Origin: Azolla caroliniana
Taxonomy: Eukaryota > Plantae > Polypodiophyta
Direction of reading: 5' to 3'
Length of the DNA: 10,763 nucleotides
Assembly: GCA_043228905.1 (NCBI GenBank)
Contig: JBHGNT010001233.1
Coordinates: forward strand, 1 to 10,763
The notes beneath the pieces were generated by a model that searched no databases, had not been told where the DNA came from, and saw only the letters and a program-made list of their open reading frames with translations. This document shows, in pieces, positions 1 through 8,678 of this stretch (positions are counted from its first letter, which is position 1; every line of letters begins with the position of its first letter). A program made the position numbers and the translations under genes.

Positions 1-265
1 GGTGAGAATATCTCGTCGTAGTCGACCCCGTATTCTTGTTTGAATCCCTGCGCGACGAGCCGAGCTTTGTACTTGGGTTTTTCTGAGTCGGATACATATT
101 TGTGTCGGAAAACCCATTTGCAAGGTAGCGACTTCCTTCCAGCTGGTAGTTCGACCAGCTCCCATGTCTGATTCTTGTGAATCGAGTTCATTTCGGATCT
201 CATGGCTTGCAGCCATGTGTCAGCATTCGTTGTGGCCATAGCTTCTTCATAAGTGTTTGGTTCGC
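1..265 (-). pseudogene. Copia reverse transcriptase N-terminus (RVT_2-type), element A
   Basis: Manual translation: EPNTYEEAMATTNADTWLQAMRSEMNSIHKNQTWELVELPAGRKSLPCKWVFRHKY...[24 protein letters not shown]. Confidence 0.93.
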
Positions 266-724
266 TTGCATCGGTGTAGTTGATGTAGTCGAGGCCCGGT
301 TGATAGAACTCTATCGGCCTTCGAGCTCGTCCAAATCTCCTGGGTGCCGAGATAAGTGGTTCGGATTCTTCAATCGGCTCTGTAGGTCGATCGGTACTTG
401 TTGAACCGTTTGTGTCAGGAGTCTTGTTGGGTGACCCGCCCCCAAGTCGGGATTTTGGTGGTGTCACGTTGTCCTCCCCTATGGACTTTGTCGACTTGGT
501 TCTGTTTCCTACTCGCATTTTGTTGACTTTGCCTGCTTCGACTCTTGTTGAATCGGCTCTGTTGTTGATGCCTTTGTCTTCGAGTTCGACTAGTGGACTT
601 CCTACCGATTCAAAGTCAACAGGTATGTTGTCGGCTTGGTGGGTCGGTCTTTCTACGACGCCTATGTCATCTTTGAAAGATACCTTTTTCCCTACTATTT
701 TCTCTTTGTTTCGCTGAGCGAAGA

Positions 725-1585
725 TAGAGTCTTCATTGAAGACTACGCCACTGCTGTAGGTCAGTTTCCGGTTCTCAGGGTCCCATAGCTGGTAGCCAAA
801 GTCCCCATCAGTTCCGTAATCGAGAAATATGCATTTCGTTGCCTGGGGTGCCAACATGGTCCTTTTCTCCCTGGGGATGAACGCGTAGATGTCACATCCG
901 AATACATGGAGCTATCGTAGGTCGGTTGTTTGCTAGACCATAGTGCCTGGGGCACTTCGAGCTTGATTACTCTTGACGGTGCCAGATTTATCAGGTATAC
1001 TGTCGTTTGCAATGCCTCGGCCCAGAATTCCAGCTTTAGTTTGGCTTGTTGGAGCATTGCCGTCACCCTCTCCTGGATCGTTTTGTTGATCCGTTCTGCC
1101 ACTCCATTTTGCATGGATGTGTAGGGAACATTATTTTGGTGTCGGATCCCTTTGTCGGATAGGTACTGTTTGAAAGCTCTAGAGGTGTACTCACCTCCGT
1201 TGTCATATCAGAGTGTCTTCACTCTGTATCCCGACCGGTTCTCTACTTCAAATGTCCATCAAGTGAAGACCTCGAGCACTTCGTCTTTGGACTTGACGGA
1301 GTATGCCCAAAATTTTCGTGTACATTCATCTACGAATGTGACGAAGTACCAGGAGCTTCCTAGTCATCACTCTAGCATGGGCCCACATATGTCTGTGTGC
1401 ACGAGCTCTAGGGGTTGTCATATCTTCTCGTAGTGGAGAGAGTGCGAACTTTAGGTCTGTTTCCCATATCGACAATGCTCACAGAAGTCCGTCTTTGCTT
1501 GGAGTTTCGGGATGTAGCCAACCGTCATCAATCGATCAAGTCCGGCTTGAGACATATGGCCGAGTCGGCCATGCCATAGGTTTGG
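725..1585 (-). pseudogene. Copia integrase (pre-integrase HHCC, DDE core, C-terminal part), frameshifted, element A
   Basis: WHGRLGHMSQAG (~1545-1578), FCEHCRYGKQT (~1455-1487), VHTDICGP (~1380-1402), DNGGEYT (~1186-1206), QNGVAERINKTIQERV...FWAEALQT (ORF 761..1114). Confidence 0.92.
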
Positions 1586-1990
1586 GGTCGGTCTTTTCAG
1601 CTACGTTCACGACCCCTTTTGGATTGATCGCCATTAGCGGGATATTGTTGTACTTGTACCCGCCTCCTATCTTCAGGTTTCCTCGGTTGATCATCCATAC
1701 CGACTCACTTAGAGTCGTTTTGTACCCATCTTCGGCTAGCATGTCGATGGAGACCAGACTCCTTTTCAGATCAAGTAAATGCCGAACTCGGTGCAGGGTT
1801 ATTGTGTTGCCATTTGACAATCGGATGTGTACCTCTCCGATCCCTGTGATTCTGCACTCCTGCCCGTTGCCTAGTCGGATTGTGCCATTAGCGTTAAGTT
1901 GAATAGTTCGAAAACCATTCAATGTTGGGGGTCGTGTGGAATGTGGCACCGGAATCCAGTAGCCATGTGTGTGCATCCTGTGCACTGTAG
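1586..1990 (-). pseudogene. Copia aspartic protease and Pol beta-barrel region, element A
   Basis: HTWLLDSGATFHTTP at ~1930-1975 in a shifted frame, then IRLGNGQECRITGIGEVHI...LHRVRHLLDLKRSLVSI (ORF 1536..1985). Confidence 0.9.
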
Positions 1991-2091
1991 AGGACTTCTC
2001 CGATCACTGAATCCTCTAAGGAGAGAACTTCTCCTGATCGGGAGTCGGCAATGTTGATTTGGTTGCCAGCTGGAGAGTGGTCCGAGTCGGG

Positions 2092-2913
2092 TCATCCTCG
2101 ATTTTGCTCAGATCGCCGACCACTCTCTTTCTTCTTGATCGACCAGTAGTCAGAAACATTGTGGCCAACTTTTCTGCAGTGTGTGCAGAATTCGCCTGAT
2201 CGGCCCATTCTCGACTTCGATCGTTGTTGGTCTCCCCTCGTTTTTGATTGGTTGGTATTCCGACCGATTCTGTCGGCTTGTTCTCTCGTTACAACTCTGT
2301 CGATCGAGTGATGGGCTTCTGCCGATTCATCGATGGTAAGTCCCATTGATTTTTGCTGAATGTCCTCGATGAGGACTTGGCCAATCGTCTCATCCAGATT
2401 TAGGATCGGTCAACTATTGGCGTATGTCGTGCAGAATACCTCCCAACTCGCCGACAAGCTTTACAGGAGGGCAAGGGCTTTTACTTCTTCTTTGAATTTG
2501 ATCCCTTGTGGGGAGAGTTCTGACAACACCCAACTGAAGGCGTTGATGTGGGAGGTAGCCAGATCGGTCTCTCTCATCTTCATGTTGAAAAATTGTTTGA
2601 TCAAAATGAGTTTTGAAGATGAGGACTTTTTCTCATATACGGCTTGTAGTTTCTCCCATAGTGAGAACGTTGTCGTCTCTTTTGCCATGTTGAAGTAGAT
2701 GTTTTCGGCTAAGTGCATTCGAATGGTGGAGCGTGCGATTTCATCCATTGATCTCCACTCATCGGTTGACATTGAAGCAGGCTTTTCGGAGTGTCGAATG
2801 GTCGCAACCTGTCTTCGAATAATCATTACGTGCTGCATCATGTCCTTCCATAGGGCAAAGTTTTTGCCGTCGAATTTTCAGATCTTAACTACTGTACCAG
2901 ATGTTGATGCCAT
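2092..2913 (-). pseudogene. gag: Copia gag (UBN2-like) with degenerate CCHC knuckle, element A
   Basis: ATG at 2913: MASTSGTVVKI*KFDGKNFALWK...EWRSMDEIARSTIRMHL...LWEKLQAVYEKKS...HINAF...KALALL. Knuckle CTHCRKVGHNVSDYW in ORF 2092..2346. Confidence 0.92.
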
Positions 2914-2994
2914 GATTGTTTCGGAGGTGAGATTTACTAACCTGGTCTTTTCTTTCAGCCTTTTCTATTGTCTGTTGCCGCTAAGTAGCAGATC

Positions 2995-3006
2995 GCTCTG
3001 ATACTA
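2995..3006 (-). promoter_or_regulatory. Primer-binding site (tRNAiMet type) of element A, one mismatch
   Basis: Minus strand TAGTATCAGAGC versus canonical TGGTATCAGAGC, 2 nt after the LTR-terminal CA. Confidence 0.88.
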
Positions 3007-3008
3007 GT

Positions 3009-3278
3009 TGAAGCGTAAGTGTTTGTGGAAACGTATGAGGATCTGTCTTCGTTCAAACTCAGAAAACAACACAGAAAGAGAAGCAAAGATATACACAGAT
3101 TGAAGCTTTAAAGGAAGCTCTATTATGTTCTCTGTCTCTTAGAGACTCAATATCCGATATATGATCAAGAAGATTATTCTTTACAACGTTAGGTTATTGC
3201 TTATATACTAAGCCCTGACTATGTGGACAAGTTCACACTAGGATACAAAGTGGAGGGAGTCGGCCTTTTATGCCAACA
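3009..3278 (-). repeat. 5' LTR of element A (270 bp)
   Basis: Minus strand starts TGTTGG at 3278 and ends CA at 3009 next to the PBS. TATATAA at 3201-3207. The flanking LINE reading frame breaks exactly at 3279. Confidence 0.82.
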
Positions 3279-3989
3279 TTTCTCTATTGTTGAATGCAAA
3301 AGTGGCCACATAATGGAATGCTTACATTCTACCTCCACCTATATCGGACAATCTTGTTTCAATATATCTAAGTACTCAGTCAATGGTCTCCGAGGAACAA
3401 CATGAACCAAACTCCTACCATAGAAAATTGGCAACCTAGCAAGTAATGTTTCTTTATTCTCACTTGAATTTAAGACCACCACATAGAAACCATGTAGGCC
3501 AACATACACATCCTCTACACAATCCGCATGCAAGACAACACACAACCATTGTTTGACCTAATGAAGGGCTTGTATTTTGCCAGTAAAAAAAAGTATCACT
3601 CCTCTATCATTAAATGTTGAAAAAGATGACAAATAATCTTTTGTATCCACCTCAACTTTGAAAATATCTTCCTCATCAAACTTTGAAGCAAATTTAGCAT
3701 TTTCTTTCATGCAATCCTCCATCAAAGCATTAGCCATGCATCTCAAATATTCCTAGTGTGCATCATCTTTAATGTTAACATCACTACGCATAGCATCAAC
3801 ATATGACATGTTAACCTTGTCTTCCACACATTTGGGTCTTTTCATTGCATTGCGTACATCTTTATCAATAATTTGCCGAACCATTGGTTTTGACGTCTCT
3901 TGTTGTATATCCATTGACATTGACGTACGTGTATCTAAAGTAGGCACTAATAAAGATATACTAGGATTTATATTGTTTTCCATAGCCAT
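3279..3989 (-). pseudogene. Plant L1-clade LINE ORF1 (DUF4283-like), 5' part, cut by element A
   Basis: ORFs 3753..3989, 3558..3746 and 3339..3545 are one frame broken by three TAG codons: SYVDAM...VILFFTGK...GFYVVVLNSSENKETLLARLPIFYGRSLVHVVPRRP...CPI*VEV. This resembles the DUF4283 GF..F..E..L..P...W.P and PVWV motifs. Confidence 0.75.
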
Positions 3990-4247
3990 CGAGTGTGGAC
4001 CACCATAGAATCACCTCAATCTTGGTAGGAAGCCCCCCAAGAGAGGATGAACTCTATCTCGATCGGCAACCCTCAAAGCCCGCGACAGTAATTTGACCAC
4101 TGTTTCACGCTCCGAAATCTATTCGCAATGCACTATAGCTCATTGGAAAGATCTCCAAAAGGGATTTCCAAGATTATCTACACGCATGATTCAGATATAC
4201 AAGCCGAAAGATATGAACAAAACACTCAGTTGCACTACACTCTCTCC

Positions 4248-4268
4248 TGTGTGTGTGTGTGTGTGTGT
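4248..4268. repeat. (TG)10 microsatellite
   Basis: tgtgtgtgtgtgtgtgtgtgt read directly. Confidence 0.97.
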
Positions 4269-4364
4269 AATCTCTCTGTAAGTTCACTCTGGCCATCGCT
4301 TTCTAAAGAATGTTCATTTACTGAATTCTATTACTGTGGCGAGAGGCTTCAAGAAACCATAAAC

Positions 4365-4768
4365 ATGCAAGGTGAAGAGATTAGGATGTTAATGAAAGAG
4401 AATGCTAAGCACCAAATTGTTGTCATTGAGAATGAAAGTCTTAAGCAAGTGGTTGCAAAACTTAAAGAAGAGATTCAAGAATGTAAAAGAGCTTCTTTCA
4501 AGAATGTAAATGAGTGCCTTAAGAAGATTGAGTTAAAGGAAGCATTAAAAGAAGAAAAATTGGACATGATGAGCCGGGATGTAAGTGAGATGAAAAATGT
4601 ATGTACAACGACGTCATGGGTCGATGTATGTGGTATCAAACTCATCTAATATGCATGTGATGCATCAAGAGAAGAATATAGAAAGCATAGATGTCCGAGA
4701 ATTGAAAGAACGTGAACGACGATCAAAGAACATTGTTGTCTGTGGGATTAAAGAAGAGAGTATGGAAA
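4365..4768 (+). pseudogene. Second LINE-ORF1-like fragment (coiled coil plus start of RRM-like domain), truncated
   Basis: E/K/L-rich heptads (ENESLKQVVAKLKEEIQECK), then SWVDV. Removing a duplicated ATGT (4624-4631) joins the frame to VSNSSN...ELKERERRSKNIVVCGIKEES, similar to the RR.N.I..G..E motif of non-LTR ORF1 proteins. Confidence 0.62.
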
Positions 4769-5107
4769 CACCTGCGATAGGACACTCCCTAGTGCAAAAT
4801 CGGATGCATCAGCTTCAAGGATGAAGCGTTTTGTTGGGTCGACATGTGCTAAAATAGATACCGTTGTAAAAGCTCGTTTTAAGCTTTCAAATGCCTTGGC
4901 TGCATCTGAACTCCATATGAATGGTTGATTTTTGTGTGTGAGTTGAGTGAGTAGAAGCACGACCTTTGAATAATTGTTAATAAATTTCCGATAAAAATTT
5001 GCAAACCTAAGAAAACATTGCACATCACGCACTGAAAGGGGCATCTGCCACTCTAAAATTGCTTGAACCTTCATGGGGTCCATAGCAATACCATCCGATT
5101 ATATAAC
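4769..5107 (-). pseudogene. Ty3/gypsy (chromovirus-like) pol fragment: RT thumb/connection and start of RNase H
   Basis: DGIAMDPMKVQAILEWQMP...DVQCFLRFANFYRKFINNYS...AFESLKRAFTT...FILEADASDFALGSVLSQ. Confidence 0.92.
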
Positions 5108-5798
5108 TGTTAGGAATATGTCCCTCCTATGGGAGGAGCCAATTGTTCGGGCCAAGAAGCGTCGACAGTCGAAGACTAGGAGGAGCCAACTATTCGGGTC
5201 GAGTACTGATGGTTGAAGAATCAATTGTGAGAATCAATTGGGTGAGTCGACAGAAAGGAGATCCAGGTTGAAGCCGCGACCAACTAGTCAGGTCGACCAG
5301 ATGGTCGATGTATAGGCCGACCAGTTGAACCGATTGGACAATCGACACTAGAGTTGGCTATTGGCTACTTATTATTATAAATAATAATAGCAGTGATGTG
5401 TAGTAGGGGCTACATTTGTAAATGGCCAATATTGTGTATTAGTACAAATACACTTAGGGCAAACAATGTGTAATATACAGTGAGAGAGAGAGAGGTGAAG
5501 AATGGAGAACAGAATAGGTTGAGCACCATCGTGGAGTGCGTAGAGTGAGAGTGAGCGGCACCATAGCTGTGTTTCATAACAATAGACGCTAAGAGCCACA
5601 TGAGGCTGATACACTCCACACATAGTGTTGTAATCTTCTCCATTGTATATCCATTGTATAGTGAAATCTTGTTCTCCGTGGTTTTCTCCCGTTTCAGGAT
5701 GTCCACGTTAAATCTGTGTACATTGTTTTTCCTATGTCTCAGAGTTGTGTATTTCAGAGTATTCTTCTCTTTGTGAATTAACGATTCATTTCTCAACA
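5108..5798 (+). repeat. 5' LTR of element B (691 bp)
   Basis: TGTTAG...CTCAACA termini. Begins where gypsy homology ends and ends 3 nt before the PBS. TATAAATA at 5376-5383. Imperfect ~47-bp direct repeat (GGAGGAGCCAA at 5132 and 5179). Confidence 0.87.
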
Positions 5799-5801
5799 AA
5801 C

Positions 5802-5813
5802 TGGTATCAGAGC
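5802..5813 (+). promoter_or_regulatory. Primer-binding site (tRNAiMet type) of element B
   Basis: Exact TGGTATCAGAGC. Confidence 0.95.
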
Positions 5814-5826
5814 TTGAGGTGCAAGC

Positions 5827-6759
5827 ATGGAAGGATGTGTGAGTGGCTTCCTAGGAATGATAGTTCTAAACTCTCAGAACTATGCAGACTGGAAGATAAA
5901 GATGGAGGACCTTCTCATAGTCAAAGACCTGTACGAGCCAATCGACAAAGCAGAAATACCAACAGGGGTATTAGAGTCGGAATGGAAACTTCTTAATAGA
6001 AAGGTGATGGCCACCATCCGACAGTGTGTCGATGTAAGTGTCCTTCAGCATGTGGCGAATGACACAAATGCCCACGAGATGTGGCAAAAGCTGTCAGGTC
6101 TACATGAGAGGAAGAACACCCTCAATAAAACCTCATTGATGAGAAAGATCTTACGGCTGAAATACAGAGACGATGAGAGCATCGTCGAACACATCACCAC
6201 ATTCATGGGGTATGTAAATCAACTTGTTGCAACCAAGTTTCCCCTTGATAATGCTACGCATGCCATCTTGTTGATGTGCACACTGCCAGATAGTTGGGAG
6301 AACCTGGTGGTTACTCTCAGCACCTCTTGTCAAGAAGAGAACTTGTCTTTACAAGTGGTGAAGACAAGCATCCTGAGTGAGGAATCAAGAAGGAAGGACA
6401 AGGGTGTCCTAGTCCAGTCACAGTCAAATTTGACTCAACATAACGACAAAGGAGTCCACCAAGGAGAGAAAAGTCTCAAGCCAGGTCGAAGTTCAGAGGA
6501 AAGCTCGTGTGCTTTTATTGTGGAAAGCCTGGACATTTCCAAAAGGAATGCCGACACATGAGGAAGGAAGGACAAGAGTGTCGGAAATAATGCCGAACCC
6601 AGGAAGATTCCTGATGAAAAGAGCACATCGGTCGTAGCCACAAGTGCGAAGGAGATCCTATTTATTTGTGAGTAGGCAAGCATAAATCTTGCAAGTGAAG
6701 AGTGCACTTGGGTAATCGACTCAGGTGCATCCTTCCACGTAACTCCATCGAGAGAGTTC
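5827..6759 (+). pseudogene. gag: Copia gag and start of protease, element B (frameshifted before the knuckle)
   Basis: LNSQNYADWKIKMEDLL...EWKLLNRKVMATIRQCV...LPDSWE. Shifted frame CFYCGKPGHFQKEC (~6509-6550). ECTWVIDSGASFHVTPSRE (~6700-6756). Confidence 0.93.
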
Positions 6760-6763
6760 GACA

Positions 6764-7173
6764 CGTTGGATCTTCAGAAAGGAAATCCAAACCGGCCAAG
6801 AAGGGCCTCAAACCGGGTAATGAAAAGTTACACCGGTCAACAGGATACAATGTGAGGCTCAGTGGCAATGACCTCGAGCTCTATGTCTTTGCCAACTGGC
6901 GGTTACAATAGAAAAGCTTTTTGTATCTCACACTCTCTCTCACACACCCTCTCTATGTCTCAACAACAATATCTCTACACAGATCATAATAAATTGATTG
7001 CCCTAAGTCATATTTATACTTATATGATTTTAGGCCATGATAGGCACACTAGAAACATATTTACAGATATGTCCCTAGATCCGGTTCACACCGGATCCGT
7101 CCGGTCCGGTTCATTCCTTTGGCATCGTCCGATCCGGCTCCTCCAGTTCTCATCTAGATCCTATCCGGAGGGA
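6764..7173 (-). repeat. Putative 3' LTR of element C, both termini damaged
   Basis: Non-coding and directly after the pol stop. TATAAAT on minus at ~7012-7018, followed by a GA/GT-rich tract. Outer end reads CCAACG rather than CCAACA. Boundaries are approximate. Confidence 0.62.
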
Positions 7174-7177
7174 CCCT

Positions 7178-7979
7178 TCACTTCGGCATGGGATGTCTTG
7201 TCAATCCAATCTGTCTCTTGCACATGTCCAACTTGTCAGCTAACAACACCTTGGTCAACATGACCCGTTCTCCTTCGTATAGATCTTCGTCAACAAGAAC
7301 TCTTTATCTTCCACCTTCTCCCAGAGCCAGTGATATCTCCTCTAGATGTGCTTGGTCCGGGAGTGGTAGGCCGCATTCTTCACGAGGTGGATGGCACTTT
7401 GACTGTAGTAGTGGAGCCGGAATTCCTCATGCTAGATCCCTAGCTCTCCGATGAAGTCCTTCATCCATATTACCTCTTTACCGGCTTCTACAGCCGCCAT
7501 ATACTCCACTTCCGTTGTCGATAGTGCAACGGACTTCTGCAGCCTCGATTGCCACGATACGGCTCCCTCGACATATGTCATAACATATCCGGACGTTGAC
7601 CGGTTGGTATCCGCATCAGCTGACATATCCGAATCCGTGAATCCTTCAAGTTGCGGTTTACTTGAGCTGAATAGGAGGCACATACTCGAGGTGCCTTTCA
7701 AGTACCGGAGTATCCACTTGACTGCGGTCCAGTGTTCTCTTCCCGGATTGCTCATGAACCGGTTGGCCACTCTGACAGCATATCCGATATCCATCTGGGT
7801 ACACACGATTGCGTACATCAAGCTTCCGACGGTAGAGGCATATGGTATCTTCATCATCTCCATCTTCTCTGCCTTTGTCTTTGGACTTTGCTTTCCAAAC
7901 AACTTGCAATATTCCAGAAGTGTCGACCCGACCAGCTCAGCATCCGACATGCTAAATCGTTGATGAACCTTTGTCACGT
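7178..7979 (-). pseudogene. Copia RT C-terminus and RNase H, element C
   Basis: IPYASTVGSLMYAIVCT...HWTAVKWILRYLKGT...GFTDSD...RSTSGY...AVSWQSRLQKSVALSTTEVEY, then SAIHLVKNAAYHSRTKHI and LTKVLLADKLDMCKRQIGL. TGA at 7180-7178. Confidence 0.95.
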
Positions 7980-8678
7980 TGTCGTGAAGATTTTCGTCCA
8001 TAGGGGGAAAATCGAGCGGAGTGAGCAAAACTGGGGTGTGCAACGTTGCACATGCACATGATGTATTCGTAAATATTAATAAGAACAAATGTAAATTGTG
8101 AGATTCCTAAAAAAGTAAATGTGATGTGCACTTAAGTGCACATCCACATAAGAAAGAGAGGGGTACATAGGAGTACGAGGTGAGTAAGGGGCATAGTAGT
8201 ACGTGTGAGGAGTGGGAGTTAAGGCCCATCAATCCCTCCTCCAAGAATCTAAGCAAATATCCCCCATTCAATGAAGGGGATATTTAGTCTCTTTTTTGTA
8301 ACGGCTTTCTCTCCTTATACTATAAAAGGAGAGGAAGGGGCACCATTGAAGGGGTTGCCTATTTTGAGTAAGAAGAGGTATACCACTTAAGTCGAGAGTG
8401 TCTATTCGGTTTAGGGTTTCTTCATTTCTTTCTTTACTTATCCTATTAGGGTTTTCATTCTACTTATGTCTTGAGTCCGGCCCACCCAGCCGCGGTTGTA
8501 ATCGCATTGAGGCTTTCATGCCCATAATATACATAGCTTCTTGAATCTAATCTCTTTCTACTTCCTCTACGGTGTTAATCTCTTCCACTTTGCTCATACT
8601 CGTCTTCCCATCTACTCCCTAGTCCAAGACCCCCGTGGTCCCACCTTATTCTACACGCACGCACGTAGTAATGCGACA
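7980..8678 (+). mobile_element. Solo-LTR-like insertion (699 bp) in the RT of element C, flanked by a 4-bp ACGT duplication
   Basis: TGTCG...CGACA termini. ACGT at 7976-7979 and 8679-8682. Removal restores LSQEKYVTKV in frame. TATAAAAG at 8321-8328 suggests plus orientation. Confidence 0.88.

Larger units (their letters stand above)
1..3278 (-). mobile_element. Ty1/copia LTR retrotransposon A, 5' part (continues off the left edge), degenerate
   Basis: Minus-strand order is LTR, PBS, gag, zinc knuckle, protease, integrase, RT. Integrase before RT is the copia domain order. Many stops and frameshifts. Confidence 0.96.
5108..6763 (+). mobile_element. Ty1/copia LTR retrotransposon B, 5' part, cut just after the protease active site
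   Basis: LTR, perfect PBS, gag, CCHC knuckle and protease motif in the expected order. Confidence 0.94.

Noticed and set aside
177-3001. Series of plus-strand ORFs (177, 412, 930, 1152, 1495, 2360, 2699)
   Set aside because: Antisense shadows of element A gag-pol with no independent motifs.
4128-4364. N-terminal part of the 173-aa ORF containing CVCVCVC
   Set aside because: The Cys-Val run is the translated TG microsatellite, not a metal-binding motif.
5132-5242. Short direct repeats (GGAGGAGCCAA twice, GAATCAATTG twice) as a CRISPR-like or novel array
   Set aside because: Only two imperfect units each, which is ordinary for LTR U3 repeats in a eukaryotic context.
5375-5799. Minus-strand ORFs of 82 and 129 aa
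   Set aside because: They lie within LTR B and show no recognisable domain.
6862-7263. 133-aa plus ORF as an extra or env-like gene
   Set aside because: Runs antisense through the putative LTR of C and low-complexity CT/CA tracts, with no supporting features.
7980-8088. Novel N-terminus on the 218-aa RT/RNase H ORF
   Set aside because: Chance read-through from the insert, antisense to its apparent promoter; RT similarity stops at the TSD.
7980-8678. Insert interpreted as a MITE or DNA transposon
   Set aside because: Terminal inverted repeat is only 5 bp. TG...CA ends and an internal TATA box fit an LTR better, though this is not proven without paired copies.
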